NCBI GenBank assembly: GCA_030704615.1
Contig: CM060734.1
Span: 29,388,001-29,452,000 of the forward strand
Reading direction: 5' to 3'
DNA length: 64,000 nt
DNA from: Takakia lepidozioides
Taxonomy: Eukaryota; Plantae; Bryophyta
Part shown: positions 49,561-63,600 of the stretch, piece after piece
How positions within the stretch are numbered: position 1 is the first letter of the stretch
How the letters are laid out: the number at the start of each line of letters is the position of its first letter
Program-made: the position numbers and the translations under genes
The notes under the pieces: model-generated
Told to the model about the DNA's origin: nothing
Seen by the model: the letters and a program-made list of their open reading frames with translations, nothing else
Databases searched by the model: none

Positions 49561-52500
49561 CTCCGTCAACTTGGCAGCTGCAGCTTGCCATGGCGCAGCC
49601 GTGGCAGTCTTGACCCTCAAATCCGAGGATCCCTCTGCCACTACACCCTCCACTAACTCCGCAGAAGATGAATTGACCTCTCCACTCTCGCAGAATGTTG
49701 CTGCTAGTCTGAACACTGCAGCTGGTCTTACCCCCGGCGTCGCAATCATGGTTGCCGAGAACAGTGGGGCTTGACACACAGAGGTGGTTGCCCCCAACAA
49801 CACACTGGTTCATTAGCCTTGGCAGCAGGTGTCAGTGCTGCACGTGTAGCTCTCCCCAATGGCACAATAACGGCCTCTGTATCTGTCGGACGAGAACTAT
49901 GTGTCATGGATGTCGTCGACACTATCTCCCCCAACATGAATGATTGAGGCAACCTAGCCTGACGGCTTGCCTCCCCACGCTGTGGATCTAACTCCACCTC
50001 TGCACCTCGTGGCTCAGGAACTCGTGCTGCTCCTCGAGTGACGGCTGCAGCAGACTCCACCTGCACTAGTCGTAGTGCTGCCCCACACATAAATCCCATG
50101 CCTCCCATGTCTCCTCCATCAAGATGACGCTACTGAGGAGGAATAGGAGGTGGACCCTCAGGTCTTGGAGCTGGTACCACCTGAGCTGTGGCCATGGCAG
50201 CAAGCCTTTGCTCTAGTTGCTAAAGTCGGTTGGCCATGCCCTGGTCAACGCCCTGACCTCCACGTCCGTGGCCATATTGTGCTTGCCCTCGTCCTACACC
50301 TTGTGCCTGACCACCTCATCCTTTCTGAGGTGCTCTACCTTGCCCTCGGCCACCATTGTTCCCTTGGAACTAGCCTTGCCGCAACTCAGGGTGCAAGTCA
50401 TAACACTGGGCATCTCCATGCCCATATTTGCCACAATGCCCACACTGCAACTGTGCAGGCTGTGCTTGTGCCGGCCTTTTGCCACTCTCTGGGCAATCTT
50501 TCTTGACATGAGGTCCTCCACATGTCCAACATATCACCCCTGGTTGCTGTTGGCCTGCAAAAGAAGCTACTGGCCTCTGCACCTGAGGTCCCCTGTAAGC
50601 TCCATGGAATTTGGGTTGGGCAACCTTGCCCCCCTGACCACGCTGTTGGGCAGTCCCTTATACCTGTTGGCTGGCAGCTGCGCCTTGTGCAGGCATGTCC
50701 TTGCCAAATCCAATGGTAACAACTCACTCCTCCACCATGTTGAGCTCAATCCGCTCAGCCAGCAGAAACACATCTGCTAATGTGGGTTGGGCTGCTTGTA
50801 ACAGGGTTGCATCCCGCACCCTTCTCCTGAACTCCTTGTCCAAAATTCCATACCAGAACTGGATTGCCTGAGCTTCAGTAACCCCTTGGGTCACACTTAT
50901 CAAGCACCTCATACGAGTGTAGGCCTCTCGCAAGCTCTCACTGGATTTGCGCTGGAAGTCTTGCAAACTTCGCAGCTTCTTTGTCTGTACACCTTGGTAG
51001 TTCCTCCGCAACTCCTAGAAGAACTCCACCACCGGGTTGAACCTAGGCACATGTGTTGTAGTCGTGGCAGGAGGAGTAGTAGCACCTTTTGAAATGGTAC
51101 CACCTGCAGAAGTACCGGCACTACTTGTTCCACTACTAGTGCTGGCAGTGGGAGATATTGGTGCTGATGCAGCTACTGGTCGTGTCGTGCCTCGAGTAAT
51201 GGAGACATAGTCAGGTGACCAATACATCCTCCAGTCCTCAATCTCTGCTTCATGTCCTCGCCTGAACTCGTGGTAATCGTCCATAGGCGGGCCTTCCAAA
51301 TGCTGGAACAGTCCCGCCTCCACCAAGAGAGGCTTTGGCAACTACAAGTACAAAGTAATGAAAAATAGTAAAGAGAAGGAGGGGAAGAATAGAGGCCCGA
51401 CCAAGCAAGATCTAATCCTGATCTATGCTATCAGCTGCCAAACTTCTCTCAAAGTGCCTCGCTCTGCATGATGGTAAGGTGTAGGAGGTATATCTATGTC
51501 CAGAAACCTGCCACTAACCTTATCCCAAGCTACAGTAGCTCGCTCTAACCAACCCTCCTCCTCTCTCTGCCAGGTAGAGACAAAGCAATACTCCCCTATC
51601 TCCCGCTCACTGAACACTAAAGAAAATAAAGGTAGGGTCTGACAGTCTTTCAACTCGAAAGCTTTGAGACGGTTGCGGGTGTCCTCATTGCGAATGACTG
51701 CATCTCCTTCAAGCAAAACAAACTTTTCATTGCTAATGAACCCCCGCTCGTGGTTGCCTCGTGCAGAGTGTGTCCGGCTGCAACCATGTCTGATTGCAAA
51801 AACTTGTGTAGCTCCTGCTCCTCTGCTCCAGTACACCACGGCCTTGTGACTGAACACCTTGGTCCCCGGGGTTGTCTTTGGTTATGTTCCAAACCTAGCT
51901 TCCACCCACTTTGGTCTTTCACCTACAGTTGCAGAACTGCTTGCCCCAACAGAGTTCTGACTGTCCAAAGCAATATTGAGGCCCTCAACGCCAACTACTG
52001 CAGTTTGTTGTCTATTGCCAATGCCTGACTCCCAGTATGCAATCAACTCGTCCAACTGCTCTCCACTCAAATCAGTCTGAGTTCCTTGAGAAACATAAAT
52101 CTTGTCCCCTTGTGTGCACAAGCTAAGAGAAGAGACCTGCCCTTCAATTACGTCCTCATTTCCCCCAGCCATACAAGGAGGACATCCCCAGATTTGTCTC
52201 TCATGTAGACCACAACAGGTTCTAGAAACAGAATTGTGGATCTTTCATAGCACACTCACACTCAAAAGATTCCATAGATTTTTAGCAGAGTCCAAAAAAT
52301 TAAATAGGTAGATTTCCCCTTTCTGCAGCTATCCCCCCAAAAACTGAGTCAAACGGAGTCCATTTGACAAAGATATGACCAATTAGGCTCTAAATCATTT
52401 AAATTAGATCAAAAGGGTTTTTTTTTTTTTTTTTTTTTTAACACCAAAACGTTCTCGCCATTAAAAGCTGTTCCCAGGTTATCTACGGGTTCCGAACATG

Positions 52501-53382
52501 TTCATGTAGTTCTCACAGTCTGGGTTCACCCCTCCTCTCGTTCTGTGCTCTTATGTTGGAATCAGATCCTGTTCGGACAGATTACTACCATTTATTCTAA
52601 TCCTGGTCCTCCTCTAGAGAGTAATTATTTGCTGTGACAGCCTGCATGATAGAGATTATGACTGATCAGGATAACTTCAACGTCCCAATAGCTCGGGCTG
52701 TGATTGATTGTTCAATTACCTCCCACTTCGCCTTACTGCAACAACATTGCTTGCGACCGCTCATGATGCCGCTTTTGGCATCATCTTGAGCAAGGGTTTA
52801 CCTTGAACCCTTTTTTACTAGGAAGATAATCTTGAACCAACCGTGCGCCCCAATCACTACAATTGGGTCCGCCTTGGAATGCTGACATGAGGTACGGGAA
52901 CACGCCGAAGCCGCACTACGACTTCGTCCCGAGGCTACACGATTATAGTACGTGAACGGAAGCACGTAGCTTCCGCGTTAGCCCGCACTACAAGGCAACC
53001 CCCTCGGTAGCGCAATTATAGTACGCGCACGCGCCAGGTGCGCACTAGCACGTGAAACCCCCAAAGAAGGCACAAGTTTCCTTGCCCCTTGGATAGGAGT
53101 CACCCGATTTCGGCACTACGCAAACACACGATTAATCCAATTTACCTCTCCCACTTTTTTAAGCTAGCATGCATTCTACACACTAGCCAACCATACCATG
53201 CATCACCATTCCAAACAAAATAGGGGGCACAACATTTGGAAACCATTTCATTTATAACAAAATTTGTACAATACAAGTTTTTGCAATTGGATTCCTGAGC
53301 TAGCTAAGCCGGGCTAAGCATGCATTTCCTCCCCCACGCTCCAAGGTTGATGTCCCCATCAACGCTTCTTCCGCTTTTGAGG

Positions 53383-54585
53383 TCACCCTTCGAAAGCTGC
53401 AACCGCCTCGGATGCGTTCCCCATTTCTGAGGCACGCACCCAAGATGCCTCCACATGATGATAGCCCTTCCATTTCACGAGATACTCCGTTTCTCGATTC
53501 TTGAACCTCTTCGACTTAAGCACTGCCTCCACCTCGTACTCAGGTTCATTTTCATGATCCAACAGCACAGGTGGCGGACGCAACACTAGATGCCGATTCG
53601 GACGCGCCTCATCTTTGAAGTAAGGCTTCAAAAGGGAGACGTGGAATACCGGATGCACCTTGATGTTTGCCGGTAGCTCCAATTCATACACATCCTCATT
53701 CATAATCTTCCGGATGCGAAAGGGTCCCGCATACGGAGGTACGAACTTCGGACTCACTTCCGGAGGTAGTCGAATTTTTTTGATGTTCAACCAGACCTTC
53801 GTGCCTGCCTCAAACTTGATTTCCCTCCGCTTCCGATTTGCCTGTCGTTCATACCGTTTCATAGCTTTGGCGATGTTGTACTTTGTGAGCTTCAACAAGC
53901 GCTCGCGTTCCTCCAACACCGCTGCTGCTGCCGGTTCCTCAACGTCTTGGGCAGCCCAGCTTGTCGGCACTAGAGGTGCTTTTCCATAGACCAATACGAA
54001 AGGGGAAACACCCGTTGCGGAGTGTTTTGTGTTATTATAACAGAACTCTGCCGCGTCCAAGTGCTCCACCCAGTCTGATTGGTCCGCCGACACGTAATTC
54101 CGCAAGATCTGCTTTACCACGGAATTCACCCTTTTCGTTTGGCCGTCCGTCGTAGGTCGGAAGGCGGTGCTCATTTTGAGCCTCATCCCCATCTTCTTCC
54201 AAAGTGCCCTCCAAAATTTACTCGTAAACTTTGGATCGCGATCCGAGACAATATCCTTCGGGAGTCCATGATGCTTGAAGACGTGGGCGAAGTAAAGTCG
54301 CCCCGTCTCCTGTGCCGTTGCCGTCTCCTTGGTGGGGATGAAATGACCCATTTTATTGAACCTATCTACCACCACCATGATTGCATCGAATCCTTTTGAC
54401 AGCGGCATAGCAGTCATGAAATCCATCGAGACACTTTCCCAAGACCCCTCTAGAATCGGCAAGGGTTGTAACAGCCCCGCTTGCTTTTTGTACTCGCTCC
54501 GGTTTTGTTGGCATGTGGTGCATGTCTTGACATACTCCTCGGCCTCCTCCCTCAGCTTGGGCCAGAAATACTCTTTCTTCAAACT
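53383..54585 (-). mobile_element. Chromovirus (Ty3/Gypsy) integrase with chromodomain, 5' truncated
   Basis: VSMDF, IVSDRDPKFTSKFW, GPF motif and chromodomain EYEVEAVLKSK...EYLVKWKGY...SW in one open frame. Confidence 0.95.
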
Positions 54586-57500
54586 CAACAAGTGGTTTTG
54601 GAAGTCATTGAATTTTTCACTCCATCCATTTCGTAGCACTGACACACAACACGTGTCCATGCTGAGAGTGTCGCCACGTGTCGACATAATCTCCAATATC
54701 ATCCACGGACCACCGGCTTACACGTCTCCACTACAAAACGGAAGTGGTTACTTTACCACTATGACACGTCACTCAAGGTCATCAAGTACAGCTACCAGTG
54801 AGATGTCTGGTCATATCTTACATCAATCTCCCACTATATCCATCTCCTCGGGTGCACAAAATTCCACCATCAGTGGTAACCGACGGCAATCTCGAACATA
54901 TGCGTTGAGTGTGAGCCGTTTGGGAAGCAACTCTGTGTTATTGATGAATTAAACTATGGCCGGCCTGTTCATTACACACATATGTTATTTAACTCTATCA
55001 ATGTTATGCCAGATCCATTCGGCTGTAATGTTAGTCATCGAAGTTTGAGAGAAAATCATGCGCGATCGCGCGTGGTTCCTTCATATATCCTCTTGTGGAG
55101 CTAGCATGGATCAGCAGTGCCATCATGTGTTATCAAAACAAGTTGACCTCATTGTCAGTTTAAGCAATAACAGATCAGGCTGGAGGCTGGAGGAGGTTGG
55201 AGGAGAAGAAATTTTCCGATGTTTTCATATTACGATGGGGAACAAGTGACACGATCATCGTCTATGACTGAATTCGGGTTCCTAACTCGTAATTCAAGCT
55301 CCCACGATGGTCGTTTCATTTGTTCCTGAGCGGATTGTGAAGCTTTGTTAAAATCTCTCTTCAAATGGATTGACGTAATTTTGGCGGCTTCGAAATTCCT
55401 TCCCTGACGAACTGATGGCACCACTGTGGTTGATTGAAATCTGGATGCACTCGGCTCGTTGGGGTTCTCAATGGTGGTAGAGGCAGAGATCTGTCGGGCG
55501 ATCACTCGTGGTTCAAAAAGCGGAATTTAGCATCGTCCTGGTTCTCCAGCCGACTGCCAAATGGTTATATTACCTCAACAGTGCCACATGTGATTGGTCG
55601 GAGTGATGTTTTTTCTATGCTCACGCAATCAGCAACGAAAATGCTGTCATTTGAAGATGTGATGATTCTGCAGGCTTAGTGAGTTACTTCAGGTCAGTTA
55701 CAGCGAGGGAACTCAAGGTATTCGGATAATCCGTCCCGGAATATTTCACACCATCATCCTGAATGATTCATTGATGTGTTTCAAAACACGCACTCAAATC
55801 ATCCGGGCTGATGGTGTCACTTGTTCCTTGGCAGATTGTTCAAGTATCTTATAATCCTAGTCTTTAAGTTGTTTAAAGTCATTCTCTCTGCTTGCATAAT
55901 CCGATCTCCAACAATTGACAGCATCCTCGTGGTGTATTTTTTGGTTCCTATATCTTTCGTTTGGAGATCCAATATTCTTTTGAGGAACACCAACGATTAA
56001 CATCGCGCGATCACACGTGCTTTTTTAAGAGCTGACCTGTTCTGATGTCCATCATTGCACACCAAAATGGTGTTACGAGGAGGCAGAATGTCAGCAATTG
56101 AACGTCAATCTCCAGCAACATTCTCATCGTTTTCATGTGGACTGGACGCCAAAGGAGGAACACCGTCGTTAATAATCTGTGCAAACAATCTCAACAATCA
56201 TATGTACTTCAAGGTGTTTGATACTGCGTATGTTCATGTAGCTGATTTCTATAGGAGTCTTTTTGCTATTCCCATTCCAACAACATCAGGTCCACTGAGA
56301 CTGCCATATTCCGAAATCGGAATCAGGCACCATCTACATGAAACCATCAGCTAAGAATGAAATCTCCAGTTCATTCAATCACAGCCCGGAGAAATATCTC
56401 AAGCTGCTGGCCAACTACTTGTGGGCTAGGGTGTTTCTCTGGAGTCGCATACAATGAATCGAAGATCTAGTTCTCAGCTGACATGCAGCTGATCATTTTA
56501 TATTGGTCAATGATGGTGGGCCGTGGCTGATACGGGAGTTTGAATATGATAGTCTCTGGGGACCTGATACTGTTCGTATGGGAATAACAAAACGACTACT
56601 ATACAATTTAGCTACAGGAACAACAATAACATCAAACATCTAGCAGTAAATAGGATTTTTGACATTGCTTGTGACAGCTCCAATCAGTTACTTGGTGGTT
56701 AGTCAGTTGGAGATTATTTAGTTGGTGATCAGTTTACGATTGTTTTACAGTAGATCGTCAGAAGTACCACAGCCCGTCACAGATGAACCTCGACTAGTCA
56801 CCCGACACTATTTCCTTGAAGATTTCGCAGAAAACGTCACTCTCTCCATCAACGTACTCGCCACCGAGCCACTCTCCAGAAGCATACGAGTAGCATACTT
56901 ACTCCCCAATTGGATACTTTCAGCATCTTACTCCAGGGTCAGTTACTTGGACATTATGTTTTGAAGAGCATACGAGTAATTCATCATCTTCGCGATTCAC
57001 TGAAAGTCTGCAAGGCCACCAATTCTTCGAGAAGTACAGCTGAACTTCGATCGCACAAGACATTGTTGGTTGGCGTAATATTGGAGGATATTTTTTGTGA
57101 GGTCATCACCATATCAACGATTCTCGAGACAACATTTCAGGGACTTCTTCCATCTTCTGCTGACAAAAACCTTCAGAACAACGGAAGAATACAGATTTGA
57201 AAATGGTCCCTCCAACCTTGTCAAAATATCGTGATTTTGGGAAATGACTTTCCTCAAAATATTTTCATCATAAGTACGTCGGCCGACATCGTCTAACGGA
57301 GTTCAGCCCTCCTTCTAGAAGTTGATACTCTCATTGACATGGTTTACGTTACTTGTATTGGTCCATGCTGCATGGGGCGAGACTTACTCAAATTGACATG
57401 GTTCTGAAATAAAACCTGGTTGTTTATCATCAATGTCTCCCCATTGTCTTTCATTTCATTTCATGGTATTGTGTCATTGTGCCATGTTTTGCTCACATAT

Positions 57501-57629
57501 TTGATTGATTTGTCTTGTACGTTACATAGTAACGGCCTTCACAAGCTCAGTCACGGTTACGAATATGACTGGTGCTCCAATCATCCATAAGGCCGCGGAT
57601 CATGAAGCGAGTTATCACCCAACACCCGT

Positions 57630-57851
57630 TTTTTTAATTTATTTTTTAATGTAATGGAAACACCTGGGAGCGACAGCGCACAAATCAGGCCCCCTTAATA
57701 GTATAACCTCTTTCACAGTAACCCCGCTATGTGGCGTTGGAATGGGACACCACCCAGGAACATACCACACTCGTCAGTAGCAAGATTTGACCCCATAATC
57801 ATCTGGATGGCACTCAGTGCACTTCACCAACTGAGCTACTGACTGTTGGTA
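57630..57851 (-). mobile_element. tRNA-derived SINE, family A (second copy)
   Basis: Shares ggaaacacctgggagcgacagc...aaatcaggcccc and ccaactgagctac...ctgttggt with 4004-4248. Confidence 0.75.
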
Positions 57852-58099
57852 TCTCATTCAACTCTTACTAAACGTCGAATGAACAGTGGAACTTGCTTTA
57901 TGAGCAAAATAGAAACTGTTTTTTCTCCTGAAGTTTATACATAATGTTTCTTTATTGTTCATATTATATATTAATAGACAAACAATTATCTATATCTTTA
58001 TATTTATATTTAAAATGATCCATTTAAATTCATTTAAATGATTTAAAAAATACATGTTCAGATATTTCTCCTTATTTCTCGACCAAACTTTAGTCCAGA

Positions 58100-60413
58100 T
58101 TTACTTAAAATTGTGTTTACCTTTAAAGCAACTCAGGCCTCCCAGTTGCATTTCGACATACTGCTCCCACTCTGGATGTGCAGCAAACAGTGTAGCCTCC
58201 TGCTCCTCATCAAGCCCTCCCCTCCAGTCATACTCTGACTCCATGAGGTCTTCTGGTAGCAGGTAGCCTACTAGATTTCTTAGTGGTGACTTGTATCTTG
58301 TGCTTCCCATCATGCACAGTCAGTAACTGGGAATTCCAGTCATGGAATACCCTGGCCTGTTTCAGCCATGGTCGACCCAGCAATAAGGAGTAAGCTTCCA
58401 TGACATCATCCATTTTCAACACAGTCACTGTGATCTTAAAGATCATCTTGTGAATCTGTATCTTTACTCCTCTTATCAAGCCTAATGGTTGTACACTCCT
58501 TTGATCTACCATTGTTACTGTGAATGGAGCTGGTTTTATGTTACTTAGACCAAGCTTCTGCCTTAATTGATCTATCATAATATTCATTCCTGAGCCTCCA
58601 TCTATCAGTACATCAGTCAGGTCTGTACTTCCAATTATCAATTGGATTACCGACATGGAATCATCGAAGTCCATGACTGTTTCTCGCCCTTCAGGCTTCA
58701 CATTATAACTTGTCATCTTGCTGTTCAGGTCTGTGTTCTCTGTCACATGAGCAATCTGATTGATTGCTTGATACAACCTGTGTCTACAATGGGGTGCCAC
58801 AGCCAATAGCTGCCCAATTGTAATCTCAGCTTTGGACTGGCATATTACTTCAGGCAAAGTCCCTTCATTATCTTGCACCTGTGAAGCCTCTTGCTCCACT
58901 TCCTCTACACCTTCTTCATCTTCTCTTTCAGAGTCAGAAGAATCTGCCATAGGGATATCAGTATCCTTCTGCATTTCCCTTATGGTATCTGCCACTTCCT
59001 TGTGCAGTTCCTTCTCATCTCTCCAAGCCTCGTCATCTTCAGGCACATCACTGCCATCTTCATTAACATCTTCCTCCCCATCCCCTGGAGGTATTAGTTT
59101 AGCTTTGCTTCTGGTAACTATCATTGTACTTACTTCTGGTACAAAACATGGCATAACCATGTGAGTTGCCACTATTGGGCCTTCATTCACAGGAGCTCTC
59201 ATCTCATTCTGGTGCCTGATCCAGAATGGACAGGCTGCTTTGCGATGTCCTGCCTGGTTACAATAGTAACACAGTTCCTCACCATTGGGTCCTCGCCCTT
59301 GGTCTATTCTGGGATTATTCCTATAATCTTGATTCCCTGGCTGGTAATTCCCCCTTGGATTACCCTGATAGTTGCCTCTGGAATTGCCTTGGTAATTCCC
59401 TCTTGGATTACCTCTTCTTGCCATGCCATTATATATCCACCAGGCCTACCATAGTGGTCCTGATCATTGTTTCTTCTTGGCTGGGGTTGCACTTGATGCA
59501 CCCTCACTTGCCTAGGTTCTCTTGCAGCTGTCCTTCTGTTGTAATAACAATTCTCAGTAGAATGGTTATCCATTTTACAGATAGTACAGTGTTTCTCCTT
59601 CATGTGGCATTCAGCTGTGGTATGGCCTTCATTCTGACATTTTGCACACCAAACACCCTTCCTCCAATGTGTTGCAGCCTCTATGACGTATTTTTTCAAG
59701 ATTTCTTCCAATCTTTTTTCATAGTTGTCCCTCTTCAACTTTTCCTTCTTCTTGCTCTTCCTCCTGAGCTCGTGCTCTTCTTCCTCATCTGACTCATCTT
59801 CAGAGTCCTCATCTTCCTTTTTATCTCTCCTGAGCATTCTCAATTGCTCAATTCTGTTGGCTGTTTCGAATGCCTCCTCCACTGTATTATGGGGTAGCAT
59901 ATCCACTTTCTTTTGTAATTCAGGTCTTAGTCCACTCACAAACCAAGTCTTCTGTAATCCTGGTGCCGGTACAACAGCCAGCTTTTTCATCATTAGCTCC
60001 ATCTTTTCCATGTACTCTTCAACAGTTTCATGCTTTTTTTGTCTTAACTGTTGTAAACTCCCATACGCTTCATCCTCAGTTTTGCTTGTCCTGAACCTGT
60101 TTCGGAATGCTGTACTAAGGCCATTCCACGTTAGGAAATGATTATTAGGAAACCTTGCATACCATTCACTTGCTTTCCTGATAAGTGAACAAGGAAACAG
60201 TCTCATCTTGGCATCATTGCCACTCTCATTGTTCACAATACACATGTGCTCAAATTGGCTGATGTGTACATCAGGATCCCATTTTCCTACATATATTGGA
60301 AAATGTGGTTTTGCCCGTGTTGGAGGTACCGCCATCTGTGGCCCTACACCCTGCCCTCTAACAGGTGCTGGTCCTCCTATTGGCCCGACTAGTACATACG
60401 CATGTAATGCCAT
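58100..60413 (-). mobile_element. Ty3/Gypsy gag-protease region, truncated before RT
   Basis: Retrotransposon gag, zinc knuckles CAKCQNEGHTTAEC and CYYCNQAGHRKAAC, aspartic protease VLIDGGSGMNI...LLLGRPWL; frame change near 59430. Confidence 0.9.
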
Positions 60414-60689
60414 ACAAAAGAACTAATCATGTCGTTAGAAATGCGAAAATAATGAAAGACACGCCATGAAACAAAACAAAATGAAAATGAAATGAAATGA
60501 AACAAATGGTACTTTCTTACATCTGCGGAAAGCTCAAAGAGCTTATGATACAAAATGAAAAAGCCAAAGTAAAAAAGCAGCCCAAAGCTACTACTGCTCT
60601 GGGGATTGCCTAAGGGTCAAGGCCTCATGCACGTAAGCTGCTAAGCAATTGTGATCCTCATAATGCAAGGCTCAGTGACGAGTCCCATG

Positions 60690-63600
60690 GAATAGACCAT
60701 CTACCCATACAGGTTTCTTGTAGCTATTGATCCACAGGGAATCATAGGTAATCTTGTGCTTGAAATCTGGCCCTCTTGGATGAATCTGGACCCACACTCT
60801 CTTTGCTCCTTCAGCTACACATGCCTTTGCACAAATCATGCATTCATCCTTGCCTCGCTGCTAGTAGCTGACAATGACAGCCTCGATTTATTCTAGGAAA
60901 CATCCAACTCAGCTTCTCACACTAGTTCCTATGCTGAATGCGTCTGCTAGTCTATGAAATGTAACATGCATTCACCTTTTGCCTTGGTTGTCCCATCATT
61001 GACTGGGGCAGAATAGTATTCATTCCACAACTTCTCCTCATCTCTGTTACTTGATTTTTGATACTTTCCTGTTGTCACATTGGCAGTATCATGTCAAAGT
61101 CACTCCAAACTAGATTCACTCAACCAGCTAACTTGCAGAATTCAACATGGAAATTTAGGGCAGATTCTGATTAGAGGGAAAAACAAGGTGAAATGTGTTG
61201 AATAAGATGTCTTCATTAGCAGTGTCTGATTTTATAAATTGTGCCGCTGTTGCCAGTTGACCATCTACCCATGCAGGTTTGTTGTAGCTATAGAGTCAAT
61301 CAGGAAGCCCGGCCCTCTTGGGTGAATCTGCACCCATACTCTATCCCTGCTCCTTCAACTATCTATGCCTCAGCACAAATCATGCATATATCATTGTCTT
61401 GCTGCTAGCAGCTGATGATGACAGCCTAGATTTGTTCTTACACCCCAACCCTATTTGGAAAAACAGGCTGAAATGTGTTGAGGAAGGCCCCTTCATTAGC
61501 AGCACCTCATTCTATCAATTGTGCTGCCGCTACTGTTTCCACTTGCAACAATTGACCATCTACTCCAGCTGATTTCTTTTAGCTATTGATCCCTCAGCCT
61601 GAACCTGAACATGAATCCCTGGTCCCTCAGCTATCCCTGCCCGTGTACAGATCATGAATACATCCCTCAGCCTTGCTGTTAGCAGCAGACAGTGATGGCG
61701 TGAAGTTCTTCCAGAAAACACCCCAACCTAGGACTTAACAGTAGTTCCAATTCTGAATTGCAACTGCTTCTCTCTGTATTCGAACAAGCACTCACCTTTT
61801 TGTCTCCATTGTCCCCCCACTAACTGGGGTCGGAAAGTGTTCATCCCAAAGCTTCTCTTCATCTTGTTATTTGTTTTTGGGTACTTTCCTGCTGCCACAT
61901 CAGCAGTAACTTGTCAAAGTCACTCCAAACCACCCCACATCCACCCAACGAGCTAACTTACAGCATTCAATATGCAAATTCAGGGCTGGGTCTGATGAGA
62001 GGGAAAAATAGGCTGAAATAGGTCGAAGAAGAAGGTGCCCTCACCACATTGTCCTCGACCTTGTGTCATGACCCATGGAGGATTTGACTGACCATGCACC
62101 CAAGAGGACCTCTTGTGTGTGCGAGGTGTGTGCTGCTTCCACGGGGAATTGTAGGCAATCTGGAGCTTGAAATCCGGCCTTCTTGGATGAATCTGGACCC
62201 ACACTGCTACCTGCTCCTTCAGCTATCCATGCCTCTGCACAAATCATGCATACATCCTTGCCTTGATGCTAGCAGCTGACAATAACACTCTAGAATTGTT
62301 CCAGCAAACACCCCAACCCTACTTATCACACTAGTTCCTATGCTGACTTGCGTCTGCTTCCAACAGGCATTCACCTTTTTGCCTGGATTGTCCCACCATT
62401 GACTGGGGTCGGAACCGTATTCATTCCAAAACTTCTCCACATCTCTATTATCTATTTTTCGATACTTTCCTGTTGACCACATTGGCAGTAACATGTCAAA
62501 ATCACTCCAACACCACCATAGATCCACCAACGAGCTAACTTGTAGAATTCAACATGAAAATTTAGGGACGACTCTGATAGCAGGGGAAAATAGGGTGAAA
62601 TATGTTGAAGAAGGTACCTTCATTAGCAGTGGGCCTTGTTCTATCAATTGTGCTGCTGCCATTGCTGTTTCCAGTTGACCGTCTACCCACTTGTAGCCGT
62701 TGTGCTATTGAACAAGGTGCCCCCCCCCTTCCCCCATCATTTGATCATAGGTCTCCAAAGCCTGCATACCATGTCCCTGCTGTGCATACCCTGCAAGCAT
62801 CGCGTTCCATGACACCACATTTGGTTCAGCCATAGTGTTGAAAACTCCCTTCGCATCCTTAATGCACCCACATTTGGCATAGACGTCCACCAGGGGAGTG
62901 TTCAGGATGACATCTGGTACAATTCCAGCTTTGATGATTTCACCATGAACCTCTTTCCCCTTTTCCAGAGGTCCCAGGCTTGCACACACATTGCAAACAT
63001 GCGGAAGAGTGATGTGGTTGGGCTTCACCCCTTTGCGCAACATTTGCTCATAGGTCGCCAAAGCATTCCTACCACACCCATGTTTGGTAAATCCTACCAA
63101 CATTATATTCCACATGATCAAAGATCGTTGAGGCATTCTGTAGAAATCTTGGCGAGCATCCATGATGCTCCCACACTTAACATACATGTTGACAAGGGTG
63201 TTGACACGAAAAAACATTTGGCATGAATCCACCTTGGATAATGTGAGTGTGCACCTGATTCCAACTTCCAGACCTAGAGCCTTTGTCAGTCTGCCTGCCT
63301 CACAAAGCATCTTCACATGCCCCGCAGAAAAGGCATTGTGGACTCCCTCTCTTGATCCTCTTTCAGAAGCTGCGGTCATGGTTAAGGACGTGCTTGATTT
63401 TTTCAATTGTGCCGCTGCAGCTATTGACTTTAGTTGACCATCTACCCATTTAGGTTTCTTGTAGCTATTGATCCACATGGAATCACAGGTAATCTGGAGC
63501 TTGAAGTCCGGCCCTCTTGGATGAATCTGGACCCACACTCTATCCCTTCTCCTTCAGCTATCCATGCCTCTGCACAAATCATGCATTCATCCTTGCCTTG

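Larger units (their letters stand above)
33781..52200 (-). mobile_element. Ty3/Gypsy retrotransposon with gag, C5-DNMT, RT, RNase H, integrase and PHD; degenerate, interrupted by MULE element 2; 5' LTR not found
   Basis: Gag with two CCHC-like knuckles (50330-50530), DNMT (48800-49560), RT LDLRSGYHQ...YIDGIII (47460-48360), RNase H HTDWS...TDHQPL (46655-47410), integrase LTDQGREF, and a PHD split across the MULE. Confidence 0.9.

Noticed and set aside
56230-56300. GNAT-like GMGIAKRLL motif on the minus strand
   Set aside because: Surrounded by stops and too short to support a call.
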